NCBI GenBank assembly: GCA_002633005.1
Contig: NMRA01000499.1
Coordinates: forward strand, 62,001 to 126,000
Source of the DNA: Phoronis australis
Lineage: Eukaryota > Animalia > Phoronida
Direction: 5' to 3'
Length of the DNA: 64,000 nucleotides
A program made the translations under genes and the position numbers. Below, piece after piece: positions 59,226 to 64,000 of this stretch. Below the pieces are notes generated by a model. That model had not been told where the DNA came from. It did no database searches and saw only the letters and a list, made by a program, of their open reading frames with translations. The stretch's first letter is position 1, and every line of letters starts with the position of its first letter.

Positions 59226-62200
59226 ATGAAAACCCTAATTCTTCTTTGTGTGTGTGCAGCATTAGTTCGTTGTCATACTGCTGACCATGATTTAAGCTTT
59301 GACCATGAAAGTCACATCCGCCATGATAAAAGTGGAGCTGAGTTTTACATGAAGAAATCGGGAAGACTTACCGGAATCATAGACTTGGACGAATACGTTC
59401 GGAACTACAAAGCCATAAAGGTAAACGAAACGTGAAATTAATCATTAGGCAAAACTTTTACACCCGACACAAAAGCAAACAAAACTAAAAGACGTTTTTG
59501 AGTCACTATCTTATTGAATTTCCAAAAAGCCCATTTTCCTTAAAACCTCTTTTCCTAAAAATGATGTCATTGCTGTCCAAAAAATCCTAAATTACAAGAA
59601 AGGTCGTTATAGTTTAATATCTTTGTGCTTTGAAACTGAGCAAATATGCAATATTCTTCCACTTCCTCATGGCAAAAATAAGTTAGCGTGTGATATCTTA
59701 AATAAAAACTTTTGCTCGGTTTTGAAATTGCTCTGAATTAGACTTCAAATTATGTTATTTCGTATAAACTATTTTATATCTGCCATTTGTCAAATGCTCC
59801 CGAAACTAGTTTACAGTGAAACAACAAAAGTGGGAGTTAGATACAAGTCATGTCTTATGACAAACTAGAAGGTGGGGGTGGTGGTAGGGGTTGGGGAATC
59901 GAAATACAATGAGAGTTTTGGGTGAAAAGGGTTTTTTATTTTTTTATTAATTCAGGCCAATGCAAAATACTTTGAGAAAGTTCTCACTATATATAATTCG
60001 ATGATGTGTAACTCGATATACAGTTGAATGACTGCACGTTCCTATACCACTGTAAATCGGTGGGCATGTCTAGTATTAGGTTTGAGATTTTTTTGTTTTT
60101 TTTTTAATACTTAATACTGTTGAAGCTTTCATTGAAGGGAGACTTTCGTTTGACAGTGTTTATTGCCATTGGACTGCAAAATATTCCTAAAACTGGGGAT
60201 GAAATTTGTATGGAAGAAGCTTTCGGTGGTAGCATTTCCTTTATACTAAACACATATTACTTTACCCCAAAGCAAAAACTACACCGAAACAAACCAACAC
60301 AAACAATTAGGCCCACCGACGCATAGGTGATATCAAGTTGCCATTCCATTCGTAGAGTTCTATGGCTCCTCTCAATCCCAGAAGTCATATCAATTTTAAC
60401 TAAGGTATAATTTGAGACCAATTTTATAACGGTAAGTGGTCTTAATTAAATTTTTTGTGAGGTTTTATTTATTTAGCTTTAAAAATTAATTTAACTAGCA
60501 CTCGCTACAACGTAGTGCAACTCCAAATCCGGATTTTAACCTGCATGAAAATTTTTGAGAGCTGGTTTCGATTCGCTGTGTTTAAAATGTTCCAGTACTA
60601 CACACACTCGACGTCTCCATACTACAAAGTTATCAGTTTATGCTACTTCAATTTCTTTACCTTTACAAAGTTTTTGCTTCTTTGGCCTATTTAGAATTGG
60701 ACATAGTATCTTTAAACTATTCCGTCATATTTTTACGTGCAGGGAGTGAAATGCGACCTCAAGGGAATTCACGTGTTGCTGGATCCGGAATGGGACGCCG
60801 ACCCACACGAAGCCTTGGGCGGTCACTACGACATAACCGAGGTGTGGTTGCCAGGGATGATACTACGATCTGAAGCAATCTGGAATAACTGCAAGTCAAC
60901 TGTGGATGGCAAAGAGGTTGATGGGATTTATCAGAAAATTAAGGAAGTGCTGTATGGAATGAACCAGTTATTCANCCAATTTTATAACGGTAAGTGGTCT
61001 TAACTAAATTTTTGTGAGGTTTTATTTATTTAGCTTTAAAAATTAATTTAACTAGCACTCGCTACAACGTAGTGCAACTCCAAAGCCGGATTTTAACCTG
61101 CATGAAAATTTTTGAGAGCTGGTTTCGATTCTCTGTGTTTAAAATGTTCCAGTACTACACACACTCGACGTCTTCATACTACAAAGTTATCAGTTTATGC
61201 TACTTCAATTTCTTTACCTTTACAAAGTTTTTGCTTCTTTGGCCTATTTAGAATTGGACATAGTATCTTTAAACTATTCCGTCATATTTTTACGTGCAGG
61301 GAGTGAAATGCGACCTCAAGGGAATTCACGTGTTGCTGGATCCGGAATGGGACGCCGACCCACACGAAGCCTTGGGCGGTCACTACGACATAACCGAGGT
61401 GTGGTTGCCAGGGATGATACTACGATCTGAAGCAATCTGGAATAACTGCAAGTCAACTGTGGATGGCAAAGAGGTTGATGGGATTTATCAGAAAATTAAG
61501 GAAGTGCTGTATGGAATGAACCAGTTATTCATCATCACAGTACCTGCCGGGTAATACTAATTGCTTTCAGCTTTGATTAATGATATCAACATGTTTGACC
61601 TGTACAACGTTAAACTTTAAATACCTTTTAAAGCCACTGTAAGTCCACCGTCCGTCACAAAAACAAAATTTGATTTGGACGACTTACCGTTATGAAAGTG
61701 ATCTCGAATTGTTTCTTAGCGGTTTCAGGTCTTCAAATGAAGTGGCAGTTCGTTATTGCTTGAGAGCATTCTCTACCAGTTCCCAGATTATCCTAGCACG
61801 CCATTTATACGATATGCATGGTAGTGTCAAGCAAAAACAAAATGTCATATTTTGCTAATCCAGACCAATTTTCATGTCAATTAGAAATAATCAGATTCGA
61901 AATTCATAGAGGTAAATCTTCTAAGTCAAAAGTTCGCTTTTTGAAATGAACGCTGGAGTTTACACCCTCTTAAACATTAAAATATGGAGACGATTCAAGT
62001 TTCGCATGAGCTTGGGTGAGATCACGCAAATCCTCAGGAGATATCGCCATTAATTACAAGCGAAGCACATGGTCGTACTAGCCTTCCTTACTTAGCGGGT
62101 CCCTGAATAGAGCTGTCCGCATGCCATGACGTTTCGAAAGTAGTTCTTGGGGCTCTTGAAGCTACAAGGCAACACCCAAGGTTTCTATGCATATCGTCCA

Positions 62201-63764
62201 ATTGTTTTATGGTGAGCCTCAATCAGGAGAAACGTTGCTCAACAGGCGTCCAAAATTTACCTGAAATACCTGGGCCTAGCATACAATATCCGAGCTCAGA
62301 CTCAGACTCGACAATTTTACCAGACGAGTCGGGGCAAAAATTTTAGTCGAGTTTCGAGGACAGCGGCTAGACCCCGGATATTGGACAAACCCTCGGGAAT
62401 CGCTGCAGCATTTTTAGAGAGTGCTCAAGTCGCAAAATCTAGTTTTCACTGGAATTAATTTTAAAATACCCCAGGGTTACATAAATTGTTTACTTACGGC
62501 GTCACTGCCAGGTATGTACATGTACACAGGTACAGCGAGTTAGTCCAGAGAAATATTTTAGTGGAATATTCCAACAGTTGAATGTCTTTGATCAGATATT
62601 CCCCATTTATAACTCGAGTAAAGAACTGGTGCTTTTACCCGGCTTTGTAGCCCACTCTACCATGGTGTGTGTGTAGTTTGTTTTCTACATAAAACAAGGT
62701 TAGTAATAATTCTTTTCGTTCAGTTTTGGTTGTTTGAAAATGCGGATGTCGATCTGAATCAGAGGCATAAATTTGTGTGCTTATGATGGCACATAAAAGC
62801 GATTGGGCTTGTAGTTACTAGTTTAATGCATCATTTGTGTCTCATAACCAGACGTAACGCAGTGGTATTTTTTTTAAATTTACAGTTTTGCCGACAACTT
62901 CCAGGAGCTCGAATATCATGTACATCATAAGAGAGGGAACTGGGAGGGCGTGCCTGAAGCGGAGATAGAAGAGCACAGACATCGCGTCCGCCGGTCAGTG
63001 ATGACCAACGACGACCTCGTTGCGAAGCTAACTGGTTCAATCTTTGAGCCGAATCAGCATCTCTCATTGAAGACCAACTGGAATTCTCAATGGGGTATAG
63101 TCGATAAGCACGTGAGGATCGACTCTTCGGAGACCCAAGCTACATTTTATAACAACGAAGCTTTGGGGATTCCCGGTCAGGCAAAGTACTCGCCCAAAAA
63201 TGCCAATAACTGGTGGGACATCTTCTGCAAGCAATGTTACGCATCTCTAGAAGCTGATATTTCCGCGTGAGTTATGGTTTGATGTTGGCATATAAATATG
63301 TACATTTAAAGTCACAGACCAAAAGCCCTTAAAGGGGTTGTCCGTTTGTGACAAGATCATTCATTAGAGAGATAACAGTGTGTGCCTTTAACAACAATTT
63401 GCCGACCATGCCAATAAAGTTTTTCTTTTAACATAACACTATACTATTCACGTTACGGTATCGTTCCTACATAACTGTGTTAATATTCCATAGGAAATAC
63501 AAAGCATATTCAACGGAGTATTATCCGTACACGGATACTTCTGATCTCCTACGTAAATTATAACTGAGCAGAAATATGTTTAATTTCATAAAGAACAGAT
63601 GCTTTTATAAGCCTGAAGTGCAATGTGCTGACATCAGCATTTTCATGAGCATATTTAGCTGTACATCCACACAGGAAATTTAGGAGGATGCTTTAATTAT
63701 TCTCCAATTATTTTCCAGAAAAATGAAAATCGTAAAGCAGGAGATAAAAGAATTTGAAGTCAAG
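59226..63764 (+). CDS. Paralogue C, 5' part (exons 59226-59420, 61300-61550, 62886-63266, 63719-63764); continues beyond the window
   Basis: Signal peptide MKTLILLCVCAALVRC; same exon phases and near-identical exon sizes as B exons 1-4; conserved HRHRVRRSVMTND and WWDxxCKxCYA. Confidence 0.9.
60418..61531. other. Direct duplication of about 557 bp across N60975; probable haplotype overlap
   Basis: 60418-60974 matches 60976-61531 with a few SNPs and an indel; the first copy of C exon 2 (from 60743) is cut at the N. Confidence 0.88.
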
Positions 63765-64000
63765 GTAATATTCACGAATAAAGTTGACGAAATTTAGCGC
63801 ATGCGCGTATGTAGCGTATTCAATACAGTCATGCGTAAACGTGACTCACCAGTCAATCAATTTAGATGTTTAGTGATGTCGTCATTTGGTCCCAAAAATA
63901 GGAATATAAGTCGACACTCATATCATATTTTTCAAACTTTTGTTGGCCTTTGATTTTTCCGGCTCGGGTAAGCACGACGAGAATTTAGCAATTGGAAGTT

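Overview
This is AT-rich, repeat-dense, intron-rich eukaryotic DNA, most likely a heterozygous invertebrate animal draft assembly, with three single-N joins at 17983, 47602 and 60975. It holds a head-to-tail + strand cluster of three paralogues: the last exon of copy A (3447-3779), a complete copy B (17002-54908) and the first four exons of copy C (59226-63764). I spliced copy B by hand into 21 exons. All intron phases match, one intron is GC-AG, and the CDS is 4554 nt (about 1517 aa). The predicted secreted protein has, in order: a signal peptide, a pro-region ending in a furin site (RVRR), a long beta-rich region, two Hedgehog N-terminal (Hedge)-like domains each with a Cys-rich insert, a peptidase M15/DD-peptidase-like domain, and a C-terminal region that by eye resembles the CD38/ADP-ribosyl cyclase fold. 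I see no Hint domain, vWA/cadherin repeats or TM segment, so it is neither hedgehog nor hedgling. The zinc ligands are degenerate in all three Hedgehog/DD-peptidase-fold domains. The rest of the window is Helentron-type (HINE) repeats, MITEs and foldback palindromes, minisatellites, a decayed RLE-type LINE, and two duplications that look like haplotype-overlap artefacts. Domain calls come from motif recognition by eye, not database searches.
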